Of a stretch of 64,000 bases of DNA, positions 51,885-63,474 are shown piece after piece. The first letter of the stretch is position 1; each line of letters begins with the position of its first letter. The translations under genes were made by a program, and so were the position numbers. The notes below the pieces were generated by a model that saw only the letters and a list, made by a program, of their open reading frames with translations, had not been told where the DNA came from and searched no databases. The stretch comes from Octopus sinensis (taxonomy: Eukaryota), in assembly GCF_006345805.1 (NCBI RefSeq), contig NC_042997.1, positions 166,408,001 through 166,472,000 on the forward strand. Direction: 5' to 3'.

Positions 51885-52205
51885 TTTTTGCCTTACTGGC
51901 ACATGAAAAACCATTCGAGCAAGGTCGTTGCCAGTGCCGCTGGACTGGCTCCTATGCAGGTGGCACGTAAAAACACCATTTGAGTGTGGCTGTTGCCAGT
52001 ACTGCCTGTCCGGCCCTCATGCTGGTGGCACATAAAAGCACCCACTACACTCTCGGAGTGGTTGGTCTTACAAAGGGCATCCAGCTGTAGAAACTCTGTC
52101 AGATCAAGATTGGAGCCTGGTGCAGCCATTTGGTTCGCCAGTCCTCAGTCAAATCGTCCAACCCATGCTAGCATGGAAAGCAGACGTTAAACGATGATGA
52201 TGATG
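51885..52205 (+). mobile_element. RTE 3'-end (family C), three units
   Basis: Same tandem units and (GAT)n tail as the other family C copies. Confidence 0.88.
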
Positions 52206-52889
52206 CTTTATGTACAGAATGTTTATATGCATACTAACTGCACATATCCCTAGATTTCTGTGCAGTACAGTCTTTAGTGTATGATGCATTTTTACCTAGT
52301 AAAGATCAGCAATTCTTTAGGGCATAGGCCTAGCATTTCAAGAAAATTTGAAGCTTTTATAATGGATGTAGTGTTGTGTCATTGTTATGTGTAGTGACTG
52401 TCTCTTAGTACTATTGAATAAGAACTGATTTTGTATTTCTAAAGCTTTTAGTCAGAGATGATGTATATCTCATGATAAATACCTATGCTGAATATAAATG
52501 CATGTTAGCAGAATATTAAGGAAAGATAAGTGTGTCATCTGCATCAGAGTATATACAATTAGAGGTAATAGGTCGATAATGTAGAAAAAGAAGAGTGTAG
52601 GAGATATAGTGGAACTCAAATGAACACAAGAATTGATATAATGTGATGGGGGAGAGAAATCCCTATCAACATAAATCAATATAGAGTGGTTTGACAGCTA
52701 AAAGGGCATTACAATAAGTAGTGAGTTTTGTTAGGTTATCACACCAGACATATTTGAAGATATTACTAAAAAGGCTAAGACTTTTTTTTCACTGAAGTTC
52801 TTAAAAGAGGAAAGAACAATAATGAATCTGGTTACCACAGAGAAGAGACTCTTTAGAATGTAACACAAATTATAAAGAACCTCTATATC

Positions 52890-53430
52890 ATTATCATTTA
52901 AAGACTGTTGTTCATGCTGGCATGAGTTGGGTGGTTTGACCAGGGCTGCACCAGACTCCAGTCTGATTTGGCAAGGTTTCTATGGCTGGATGCCCTTCCT
53001 AATGCCAACCACTCCGATAGTGTAATGGGTGCTTTTACGTGCCACCAGCATGGGTGCCATTTGCGTGACACCAGTATCTACCACGACTATGATTCTACTT
53101 GGTTTGATGGGCCTTCTACTTAAGCACACAGTATTACCAAAGGTCTCGGTCATTTATTATTGCCTAAAGAAATTTATAACTACTGAATTTACTGGAAACT
53201 ATTGAATTAACAATGATTTCAAATTCTGGCACAAAGCCAGAAATTTCGGGGGGATGAGGTAAGTCGAGTACACTGACCCCAGTGCTCAGCTGGTACTTAT
53301 GTTCTTGATCCCAAAAGGATGAAAGGCAAAGTCAACCTCAGCAGTTTGAATTCAGAACATAAAAACAGATGAAATGTCACTAAGCATTTTGCCTGGCATG
53401 CTAATGATTTTATCAGCTTGCCACCTTAAC
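52890..53430 (-). mobile_element. RTE 3'-end (about 52890-53160) and SINE family B (about 53215-53428)
   Basis: Reverse complements of the family C body and the family B core. Confidence 0.75.
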
Positions 53431-53544
53431 TATTAAATTAATATTAATTGGTTTCTAACATATGCACAATGTCATACATTTTGGAGGAAGGAAACAATTA
53501 TATTGACCAGACTGAAATCGACTGACTTAGTAATTGACTGATAG

Positions 53545-53930
53545 AGATCGTTGCCAGAGCAACAAGCTGGCCTTCGTGCCGATGGCATGTTAAAAACACC
53601 ATTCGAGTGTGATCATTACCTGTGTTGCCTTACTAGCACTTGTGCTGAAAACATTCGAGTGAGGTTGTTACCAGTGCTGCTGGACTGGCTCCTGTGCAAG
53701 TGGCACATAAAAAGCACCATTTGAGTGTGGCCGTTGCCAGTACCACCTAACTGGCCCTCATGCCAGTGGCACGTAAAAGCACCCAATACACTCTCGGAGT
53801 GGTTGGCGTTAGGAAGGGCATCCAGCTGTAGAAACTCTGCAAGATCAGATTGGAGTCTGGTTTGCCAGACCTCAGTCAAATCATCCAACCCATGCTAGCA
53901 TGAAAAGTGGACGTTAAATGATGATGATGA
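53545..53930 (+). mobile_element. RTE 3'-end (family C), about four units
   Basis: Tandem units, conserved body and (GAT)n tail. Confidence 0.85.
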
Positions 53931-54437
53931 TATATTATCTATTCTAGAAGAATGAACAGCAAAGTTGTCTTTGAGGGATTCAAACTCAGATGTTAAGAAC
54001 TGCAACTAAATACTAAAAAAGCTTTTAATTATTTAATTCCTAAAATAAATAATAATAATATTTCCAATGTATAATTCTTGGGAAGACAAGTGGTAGTCAG
54101 CATAAATAGAAGTCTATATAGAAAAGCAAATTATTAGGCATGCCAATTTGCCATGAGTAGAAGATATGGTTAATGTTTCTGGCAGAATTTTATGAAAGAA
54201 TCTTACATTCTCTGACGAAAGGTTCTACATGAATGATTATGTTTTTTGCTCATGGTAACCTAGCATGAGTCATTTTCATCATGTTGATCGTGTATTCAAA
54301 AGACAAATCAATATTTGTAAACATGATGCAAATAAACAAAGACATTTTCAAAAACAAAAACTTAATATTTTCAATATTTTATTGGAATATTCATTTCATT
54401 TATTAAATAAGAAACAATTAGAAAAATAAACCCAAAC

Positions 54438-54477
<40 letters not shown>

Positions 54478-55124
54478 CTGTATAACAGATTGTAAGATGA
54501 TAATATTGCCAAATAAAAAAGAGAAAAAATTTTCTCATTTTTGTAATGGTTTTAATTTGAAAATCCTTTCTCACTTTAATTTAACAATATTATAACTATC
54601 TTAATTATTTTCTTAAAAACATTTTATTACAATTTGAAAAAAAAAATAATTTCAGTAACAAAGCATTTATATTAAACTGGAGAATGATTGTTGATATCAA
54701 TATAAATTATAATCATATTAATATAAATTTTTCTTTCGCCTTCTTATCACCATGAAAATCAAATTAGCACCCTAAAATGTAAGAGTTAAAGTTAGTAGAG
54801 ATGACAGGGTATTAACGTATGCTGTAAAAATGTTGGCAGTAAATATCCCATCATTGGTTGATTGGTGAAGTCAATTGATGATGGACCTGTTCACTCGAGT
54901 TGTAAATAGGTACCATACGATGATATACTTTATCACAAGTAAAATACATGCACGACTATTTTATTAGCTTGAAGTGTTGGGCTTAAATCTTCACCTGGCC
55001 TTGGTGAAAGCAGTAAGAAACCAGGCTAGTTCCTAAAGCATTTGATAAAAATAAAATATTTGGAGCTACCCAACAACTCAACGACACTAATGTAATAATG
55101 ACACAGTGTGGTATCTTATCTTCT

Positions 55125-55330
55125 ACTTGTTGCAGTTATTAGACTGTGGCTATACCGGGGCACAACCTTGAAGGGTTTTAATCAAACAGGTTGATTCCAG
55201 TACTTATTTTTTAAGCCTGGTATTTATTCTATTAGTCTGTTATGCCAAACTGCTAAGTTATGGGGACATAAACAAACCAACACCAGTTGTCAAGTGGTGA
55301 AGGAGGATGAACACAAAGACATACAGCCAC
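55125..55330 (-). mobile_element. SINE family A, 3' half
   Basis: Reverse complement of cttgacaactggtgttggtttgtttatgtccccataacttagcag. Confidence 0.7.
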
Positions 55331-55964
55331 TTCTTCATTTTTGTTCATATAAAAAATACATTTTTCTTCTCTTAAAAAACAAAACATTTTCATATCAATG
55401 AAACAGAAAATAATGTGACATTTTCCAGTATTTACAAAACATTTTCATACCAAAAGAACAAACAAACAAAATAAAAACCTATTTCTCCATACAGGATAAG
55501 AATATGGAGTATACTGGAAAAGTATTGGAAACATATAACTTAGCAAAGACACAAGAGAACATTTATGAAACTTTTGTCTAAGCTGACATGGAAACCCAAT
55601 TCTTCAGATATATTGCCTCAATATTTTTGAAAGAATTAGAGGAACACTGAATAAATATGGCTGTAAGTTTAAGATCATTTAGAATCACATGATTTGGGTT
55701 CCATCCAATAGTGCAGTACCTTGGGCAAGTATTTTCTCTCATAGCCTCAAGTAGATCCAAGCCTTGTGAGAGAATTTGTAAAGATGGAAACTGTTCAGGA
55801 GCCAGTCAGATGGACTTTACCTCTATCAGGATGGCAGATTTAATCTGTAGCCCAGTTTAACATCACCACTACATGGCCCAGATGCAAGTATTTGGTCCCA
55901 GTGTTCAGTCTGAGATAAACTCAATACCTTAATGTACTGCTTTCTGCTGTAGTAACCTATATGT

Positions 55965-56258
55965 TGCATACAGATATATGGGAAACTACCACCTGTATCA
56001 TCTCTTGTGAAAGGTAGAAGAGTCCAGTTTGCTGGACATTGTTGTCGAGCTGAAAACGAGGTAATTTCTGCTCTTCTCCTCTGGAAGCCATCTACTCGCG
56101 ATACCAGAGGGTGCACACTCTCCTACCCTGATGTAATCTCCAGGGGTACAGGCATCCAGCAACAGGACCTCCATAATGCTATGATGGACCGTGAAGTCTG
56201 GCGTAGCATAGTAAATTCCATTGTCTCGACCACGGTTGAACAATGATGATGATGATAT
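55965..56258 (+). mobile_element. 3' end of a third RTE family (ORF2 C-terminus directly followed by (TGA)n)
   Basis: IYGKLPPVSSLVKGRRVQFAGHCCRAENEVISALLLWKP...MMDREVWRSIV...* then gatgatgat. Confidence 0.85.
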
Positions 56259-56789
56259 GTTGCGATTTTCCCCCACCTCATGAATATGGGAGGCCTTGCA
56301 AAAGGTCACAAGCAATGCCATTCTCCATCAGATTAATGCTAACTATTCATCTTTGAAGTAAGAGTGGAAGCTTATTCAAACCATACCAAACTGAGTTTAA
56401 AATGGTTATAAATCTTGGATGGGCTTTGAAAATCTGCACATTTACATATTGCTGTGCTGTTTTATAGTTGAGAGTTCATCCTATCGATAACCACTGAACT
56501 TAAAATAAGAATGCCTCCAATTATCAGTTAAACAGACTTCAGTAAAGTTTACAAAGATGACACTATGGTCACTTGTCCAGCTCCCATCATTTTGTGAAAT
56601 TCTCCTTCATTCTATGAAGGCATTAAAAAATCTTTATATAATGATTTCATTTAATTTTTAAATCTTCCATTTACACACTATCCGGAATACAAACTGGAAC
56701 CAAGCTTTTACACATTTTGGTATGCACATACTCATACATATCTCCCATCCATATGCACATATATGTGTATGTATATATATATATATATA

Positions 56790-56965
56790 TTATTTAAAAG
56801 CAGTAGAAATTCAACAAAACCTGTTACTCGGACGGGAACGTGAAACTCCGAGTAACAGGTTTTGTTGAATTTCTGCTGCTTTTAAATAAAGCATATTACT
56901 CTACCCCTGGTATTTGAGTACTTTTTTTTTTCCACCTTGTTTCACATTTATGTGTTTACTCCGGT
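56790..56965 (+). mobile_element. (TA)n-embedded Penelope-like terminus forming a 43-bp palindrome around a hammerhead-like core
   Basis: Arms 56790-56832 and 56847-56889 pair with one T-G; loop cgggaacgtgaaac; GAAACTC-c-GAGTA^ stem III motif. The PLE assignment is inference. Confidence 0.6.
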
Positions 56966-57041
56966 ATATATATATATATATACACACACATACACACAAA
57001 CGCATACTGTATATTGCACACAAAGAATAATGATTTTCTCG

Positions 57042-57273
57042 TTAAACTTCATCTGTCAAATCAAGCTCAGAACTAATAAGTTTGTCTTCATCTTCATCAT
57101 AAATGAAAGAATTATCCAGTAGTTTGTGTGTTTTGACGTTCTTCTGAGGTAGTTTACATTTTTTGAAGCAGGTGAATTTGTTGTCTTTGTACAAAGTATA
57201 CATTAAACTGCATGAAATGAGGATACTAACAGCCGCAACAACACTCATTGAAATGAAACCATACACATAAAAC
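57042..57273 (-). CDS. Terminal exon (TM helix plus cytoplasmic tail) of an EGF-repeat type I membrane protein
   Basis: Strong acceptor ttttctattttattttcctag; the phase-2 frame gives FYVYGFISMSVVAAVSILISCSLMYTLY (hydrophobic) followed by a basic then acidic tail ending LTDEV*. Confidence 0.8.
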
Positions 57274-57404
57274 CTAGGAAAATAAAATAGAAAACGTTAT
57301 GATTAAATAAATGAATTTAAAAAAAGATCCCTATTTTTTTTTTTTAAGCATTACTATGATTATAAATTTGGTTAAAAAAACATGCCCTGCTGTCCATTTA
57401 TACA

Positions 57405-57579
57405 CATAAAAAGCACCCACTACACTCACATAGTGGTTGGCGTTAGGAAGAGCATCCAGCCGTAGAAACATTGCCAGATCAGACTGGGCCTGGTGCAGCC
57501 TTCTGGCTTCCCAGACCCCAGTTGAACCGTCCAACCCATGCTAGCATGGAAAGCGGATGCTAAATGATGATGATGATGA
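57405..57579 (+). mobile_element. RTE 3'-end (family C)
   Basis: cacataaaaagcacccactacactc...ggaaagcggatgctaaatgatgatg. Confidence 0.85.
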
Positions 57580-57830
57580 ATCTTCAAAATGGAAAGTTGG
57601 TATTTTGTCAACTAAACTATATGAAAAAGATAGAGGGACCAGAAATTTATAGTATAAGGTAAATTAGTAGTTTGTGTGTGTGTGCATGCATGCATGCGTG
57701 TGTGTGTGTGCAAGTCATGTAAGTCTGGTATTCAGTGAATAAAATCCAGGTTTGAATCACTATGTAATTTGGCAGCAAGTATTGCAAAATACTCAAATGA
57801 AAAGCCAATAAGAAAGCATAGTTACTTGAC

Positions 57831-57864
57831 CAGCTAAACTCTTCCTTGAATCGCATCCTACTAC
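57831..57864 (-). CDS. Tentative 34-nt juxtamembrane exon (GSRMRFKEEFSW)
   Basis: Acceptor ttttgttttttaaag; phase 1 in and phase 2 out exactly bridges exon 61791-61666 to the TM exon, but the donor TG|gtcaag is weak. Confidence 0.45.
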
Positions 57865-57965
57865 CTTTAAAAAACAAAAGGTTACATGATTTTATATATC
57901 TTTAATGTCAAATATGTTTTCTTTACACTGTAGACAGATTTGAATATAACTTTGTTTAAAATGGT

Positions 57966-58205
57966 AGAGGCACGTGGCCTAGTGGTTAGGGTATCAGCAT
58001 CATGATCATAAGATTGTGGTTTCGATTCCTGAACTGGGTGATGCGTTGTGTTCTTGAGCAAAACACTTCATTTCACGTTGCTCCAGTCCACTCAGCTGGC
58101 AAAAATGAGTAACGCTGCGATGGACTGGCATCCCATCCAGCTGGGGAACACGTACGCCATTGAAACAGGGAAACTGGGCCCATGAGCCTGCTAGGCTTTA
58201 AAAGG
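57966..58205 (+). mobile_element. SINE family D
   Basis: ggcacgtggcctagtggttagg...ggtttcgattcc...ttcttgagcaaaacacttcatttcacg. Confidence 0.85.
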
Positions 58206-58275
58206 GTGCATTTATTTAATTTTTATTTATGATGAGGTAGTTTTGGTGAAGGATTGTATGGTATAACTTTAAAGA

Positions 58276-58499
58276 GATTTGTTGTGTAAGGCGAGAAGGT
58301 ACAAAGTAAATTACAAAAGGAAAAGAAAACAAAACAAAGTTGCAGTTTCACCTTGCATTTCTATATTTCGGGTGAAGAAGGGGTCCTTACCACGAACTAT
58401 AGAAATACAAGGTAAAACTGCAACGTTGTTTTGTTTTCTTTTCCTTTTGTAATTTACTTTGCACCTTCTTGCATATTGTTCAGCCTTACACAACAAATC
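58276..58499. repeat. Foldback/MITE-like palindrome with ~95-bp arms
   Basis: gatttgttgtgtaaggc...gcatttctatatttcg pairs with cgaactatagaaatac...gccttacacaacaaatc; about 20-nt spacer and one 13-14 nt bulge. Confidence 0.85.
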
Positions 58500-58885
58500 A
58501 CTTCATACTTTTATTTGTTCTTTCTTTAATATTGTGATATCATTCTATAATTTCCTTTTCACAAGTTATTTCTCAAATTAATTCGAAGTTAATGAGATAT
58601 GTGAGCCATGCCATGCAAACATGGAATAGGGGATATTAAGATGATGATGATGCTGTAAATATATTGTGTGCTGAAAGACAAGTAAAAGGGTTAGTTGTAG
58701 GGAACCATAAGGATTAAGATTAGGAGCCTGCAAGGCTAATCCCTGCTGTAGAAGAGAAAATGGCTTTAAAATGCTGTAAACTTTCCTTTATTTTAAATTT
58801 TAATTTTCACTGTACTACATTTGTCAGGAAACAGTTCATATTTAATACATATGCCTTTAGATCATAATAAATATCTAATATGTTT

Positions 58886-59495
58886 ATAGGCACAGGCATT
58901 AAAATGTGATAAGAAGCTTGCTTCCCAACCACATGATTCTAGGTTCAGTCCCACTGTGTGGTAATTTGGGCAAGTGTCTTCTACTACAGCCTCAGGCTGA
59001 CCAAAGCCTTGTGAGTAGATTTGGTGGATGGAAATTGAAGGAAGCCTGTCGTGTGTGTATGTGTGTAAACTGGCCTTCGTGCCGGTGGCACGTAAAAGCA
59101 CCCACTACACTCTCGGAGTGGTTGGCGTTAGGAAGGGCATCCAACTGTAGAAATTCTGCCAGATCAGATTGGAGTCTGGTTCGCCAGACCTCAGTCAAAT
59201 CGTCCAACCCATGCTAGCAAGGAAAGCGGACGTTAAATGATGATGATGATGATGATGATGATATATATATATATGTTTATTTATTTGTTTGTGTCTGTGT
59301 TTGTCTCCCCACCATCACTTGACAGCTGATGTTGGTGTGTTTATGTCCCCATAACTTAGCAGTTCAGCAAAAGTGACTGATAGAATAAGTACCAGGCTTA
59401 CAAAAAATAAGTCCAGGGTCCGATTTCTTTGACTAAAAGGCGGTGCTCCAGCATGGCTACAGTCGACACGATTGAAACAAGTAAAAGAATAAAAG
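58886..59495 (+). mobile_element. SINE family A with an RTE 3'-end (about 59068-59260) nested in its internal microsatellite
   Basis: Family A head up to gaagcctgtcgtgtgtg, then the family C body with (GAT)n, then the family A tail. Confidence 0.85.
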
Positions 59496-59926
59496 AAATG
59501 TTTAAATAACACCAAACAACAACTGCTGGTGTTACTGCCGCCACACTGCCATCATTATCACTGTTTAATGCCCCTTGCTGGCATGATTTGGTTGGTTTGA
59601 CAGGCTTCAGCAAGGCAGAGGACTATGTCAAGGTCTAAAGTTTGCTTTCACATGATTTCTACTGCTGGATGTCCTTCCTAATGCTTCAGATGTTGGTTTC
59701 AAATTTTTGTACAAGGCCAGCAATTTAAGGGAAGCTGGTGAGTCGATTAAATTATGCATTACATTTGACAGAGTAATCCGAATGCTAAAGGGTTGTTGTT
59801 TCTATGTACAAAACAACTTCAAACCAACTCAAACCTTGTTTATAAAAGTTTATCATTAGAAGCAAAATAATAATAATAAAGATAGATTCTGATAAAGCAA
59901 AAAGGTAAAATTATGTAACTTTTATA

Positions 59927-60312
59927 TGGCTGTGTGGTAAGTAGCTTGCTTACCAACCACATGGTTCCGGGTTCAGTCCCACTGCGTGGCACCTTGGGTA
60001 TGTGTTTTCTACTATAGCCTCGGGCCGACCAAAGACTTGTGAGTGGATTTGGTAGACGGAAACTGAAAGAAGCCCATCGTATATATGTATATATATATAT
60101 GCGTGTGTGTGTGTTTGTCCCCCTAGCATTGCTTGACAACCGATGCTGGTGTGTTTATGTCCCCGTTACTTAGCGGTTCGGCAAAAGAGACCGATAGAAT
60201 AAGTACTGGGCTTACAAAAGAATAAGTCCCGGGGTCGAGTTGCTCAATTAAAGGTGGTGCTCCAGCATGGCCGCAGTCAAATGACTGAAACAAGTAAAAG
60301 AGTAAAGAGAGT
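59927..60312 (+). mobile_element. Young SINE family A
   Basis: Near-consensus copy with CpGs intact and a gtaaaagagtaaagagag tail. Confidence 0.9.
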
Positions 60313-61060
60313 ATTTCAAGCATAAAGGCCATTATCAAAAGTAAATAACTTAAAGAAATGTAAATTTATGTACTCCTTGCCATGTTGATTGCTATACAGG
60401 CAGTGACCCTGCTTCATCTGTGTAGTGGACAATATTACAATCAAGATATTGCAAGAACAGAATCATTATAAAAATAACTTAATCATCTTTGTTAGGTGTG
60501 CAGTGCTCACTTAACAAACCCATTCTATACATCCCTGATTTTAACAAGCCTTATCTTGTTTCAGTGAATTCAGATACATATAAAATATATTCCTACACAG
60601 GGTACTAAAGATGCCGAACAATATGAAGTTGGACAAGATGCATTACATTATTAAGCCTTGTCCCTTTCAATTTCGAGTCGAAATCCATTGAAGCTTAGAT
60701 TCAGTTCCAGTTCTCGAAGATTGACAAAATATGTGTCAGTAATACACTGGTATTGATTCAATTAATTCATATATCAATGCTACAAAATTCACCATGTCTC
60801 AGTAAGACATTGACATATCGTGCCATAAATATTCAAATTTTGGTAGATGTCATTCTGTATAAAAAAAAGAATAGAGTTACCTGTATTCCTTCGTTCTGTC
60901 CACAATTAAATGTTTATGTTGTATAATCTTTTGGGCAAGGCAATTACTGGCTATAATTAATAAAAACAAATTACAGGTTATAATCAGCCAAAATACAAAA
61001 AAAAGTGAACTATTTTTCGTACTCAAACTTTCAACATAATCTTACTTCAAAACACAAAGC

Positions 61061-61082
<22 letters not shown>

Positions 61083-61137
<55 letters not shown>

Positions 61138-61140
61138 AAG
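61083..61140. repeat. (GA)n microsatellite (about 61062-61140)
   Basis: Directly visible in the sequence. Confidence 0.95.
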
Positions 61141-61665
61141 AGGAGAGGAAAATATATGAATAAAAGGTACAAAAGTTTACATATGATACAAAACAATGTT
61201 ACTTGACTATTGGAAATCTTTATAAAATATATTATTAAATTTAAAGTCACCTCCACCCTTAGTACTCCAGCATTAACTACAACCATGAGTACTATCAATC
61301 CTTCTGGTAGTCACACAAAATAACAATGTAGCCTATGAATTTACATGACAATTGCCGAGATCATACAATATCTTGTACTTATGAAATAGGTTATAATCTT
61401 GGCATAATAAATAAACCAGAAGACATTCCTACAGTTAATTATTCAACAGTAAAATGATATCTGCAGTCAAGCCAGCTGAGGTAAACAGACTTGAGTGCTT
61501 TCCAAGAGTCTTAGCACAAAGGTTGTAATAAGCTTAACCCATGATCATATAGCCAGTAGTTCATGACCAGTTTTTTTCTTTTTTTTGAGTTCACAACTAA
61601 TGTGTCTATTAACAACAGATATTTTTTTTTTAAAAAAGAGGAAATAAAAAGCTATGGGAATTCAC

Positions 61666-61791
61666 CTTGAAAAATATGTTTGGAATAAGCTGAAGATATA
61701 ATACATCTTCCAGTAATATGATCACAGCCACAAGCAGCGGGGCACATACAGACATGTTTACATCGGTCACCATAGAAACCAAAAGGACAGC
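61666..61791 (-). CDS. MEGF10/Draper/SCARF-type EGF repeat exon (CPFGFYGDRCKHVCMCPAACGCDHITGRCIISSAYSKHIFQ)
   Basis: Acceptor ttctccttcatttatag and donor CAAG|gtgaat; phase 1-1 symmetry; CPxGFYGxxC-x3-CxC...CDxxTGxC signature. Confidence 0.88.
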
Positions 61792-61911
61792 CTATAAATG
61801 AAGGAGAATTTCAAGCATTAAAAACCTCATAAAACTAAATCAACTGTGGTTAAAAGAAAACATGCAGCTCATTGGTTCTTAACAATTTTTTGTGACATAA
61901 TCAATGGAAAT

Positions 61912-62158
61912 TGTAGCTGTGATACCAGTGCCGGTGGCATGTAAGAGAACCATCCAAACGTGGCCATTGCCAGCGCCGCCCTGACTGGTCTCCATGCCTG
62001 TGGCACGTAAAAAAAAGCACCATCCGATTGTGGCCGTTGCCAGCCTCGTCTGGCCCCCGTGCCTGTGGCACATAAAAAGCACTATCCGATCATGGCAGTT
62101 TGCCAGCCTCGTCTGGAAAGCGGACGTTAAATGATGATGATGATGATGATAATGATTA
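61912..62158 (+). mobile_element. RTE 3'-end (family C), three units with an internal deletion
   Basis: The units join directly to gaaagcggacgttaaatgatgat; the usual ~150-nt body is absent. Confidence 0.85.
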
Positions 62159-62159
62159 T

Positions 62160-62750
62160 GTTTTGCCCAATGGTTAACTTTGAGATAATAGCAAACTTGA
62201 CCCTGAAATCCAAGAAAAAAGACAGCTTTGGAATACTGGTGTGCACTAAAGTGTGGTTTCCAATAAAGCAACTGCAGAGTATTAATATGCTTTGAAATAC
62301 AGCGCAGGATTTAGAATTTTCAGCTACTTGCATCTCTGACCAACATAACAACTTCCTAAACACAGCATTGCATTGATGACATCAATCTCAACTTATCTCT
62401 TTGAAGTCATCATTCTCAGTAACTTCAATGCATAAGACTATTTTTATCGTTTGCACTTCTCACACACTAACTCTACATAAAAGCTGGATTGTTTACACTC
62501 CTGATCTGTCTGTACTCATTAGCTTCATCACTGATTCATATCTTTGACCGAGCACACCAGTGTACATACTTTTACCCTGTCATTACCATCCCTGCTTCAC
62601 TGAATCAGTCGACTATTGCATAGTTAAGGTAGTACAGTTATGGTCTCTGAATGCACAAAATCTGAACTTGATCCATTTGATGCTTCATATTAAAGGGTCA
62701 ATATCTACCAGTTCTAAGCTAACAGATACCATCTTCATAGGTATGTTCTT
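62160..62750 (+). pseudogene. Decayed LINE endonuclease relic
   Basis: VIILSNFNA (I.GDFNA-like) near 62405; otherwise heavily degenerate. Confidence 0.35.
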
Positions 62751-62773
62751 TCCAAATGGTAATAAAAACAAAA

Positions 62774-63004
62774 GGTGACGAGCTGGCAGAAACGTTAGCA
62801 CGCTGGGCGAAATGCGTAGCTGTATTTCGTCTGCCGTTACGTTGTGAGTTCAAATTCTGCCGAGGTCAACTTTGCCTTTCATCCTTTCGGGGTCGATAAA
62901 TTAAGTACCAGTTGCGCACTGGGGTCAATGTAATCAACTTAATACCTATGTCTGTCCTTGTTTGCCCCCTTTATGTTTGGCCCCTTGTGGGTAATAAAGA
63001 AATA
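62774..63004 (+). mobile_element. Young SINE family B with 16-bp TSD
   Basis: TSD ggtaataaaaacaaaa at 62758-62773 and 63005-63020. Confidence 0.93.
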
Positions 63005-63474
63005 GGTAATAAAAACAAAACCTTTTATGTGAATTGTTTTACTGACTGAAGTGATCAAATGTACACCTGCTTTGATTTCAGCATGTTGGTCTCATGACAC
63101 AAAGGTAAACTGAGAGTGTGTTCTGTATCATAGCTTGCTAAAAGTAGTAGCCAAACATTCCTCTTTAAAGGACAAATTGAAGAATGTAGTCTGAGGTGTA
63201 CTGTGTCAGAATAATCAAGATAGACAAGATTGAAGTATTTTTGATCATAGATCTGCTTGATCAAAACTAACCTGGGGCTAAAACAATAGCAACAACAGCA
63301 AATGTTTACAATGTAGCATACCACCCAAATGGTTGTGAAGTGTTCTGGAATCAAGTGATTTAGCAAAATCTTCCTACTGTTCATTTCTCAACCAAGACAG
63401 CTCCAGTAGAAACTTCCAGTTGACACAGTTACCACTTTTGTTGCTTGTTTTATTATTATTATTATCATTATTAT

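Noticed and set aside
54165-54240. ctctgacgaaagg motif resembling another hammerhead core
   Set aside because: No intact stem II, GAAA box or cleavage site; too degenerate to call.
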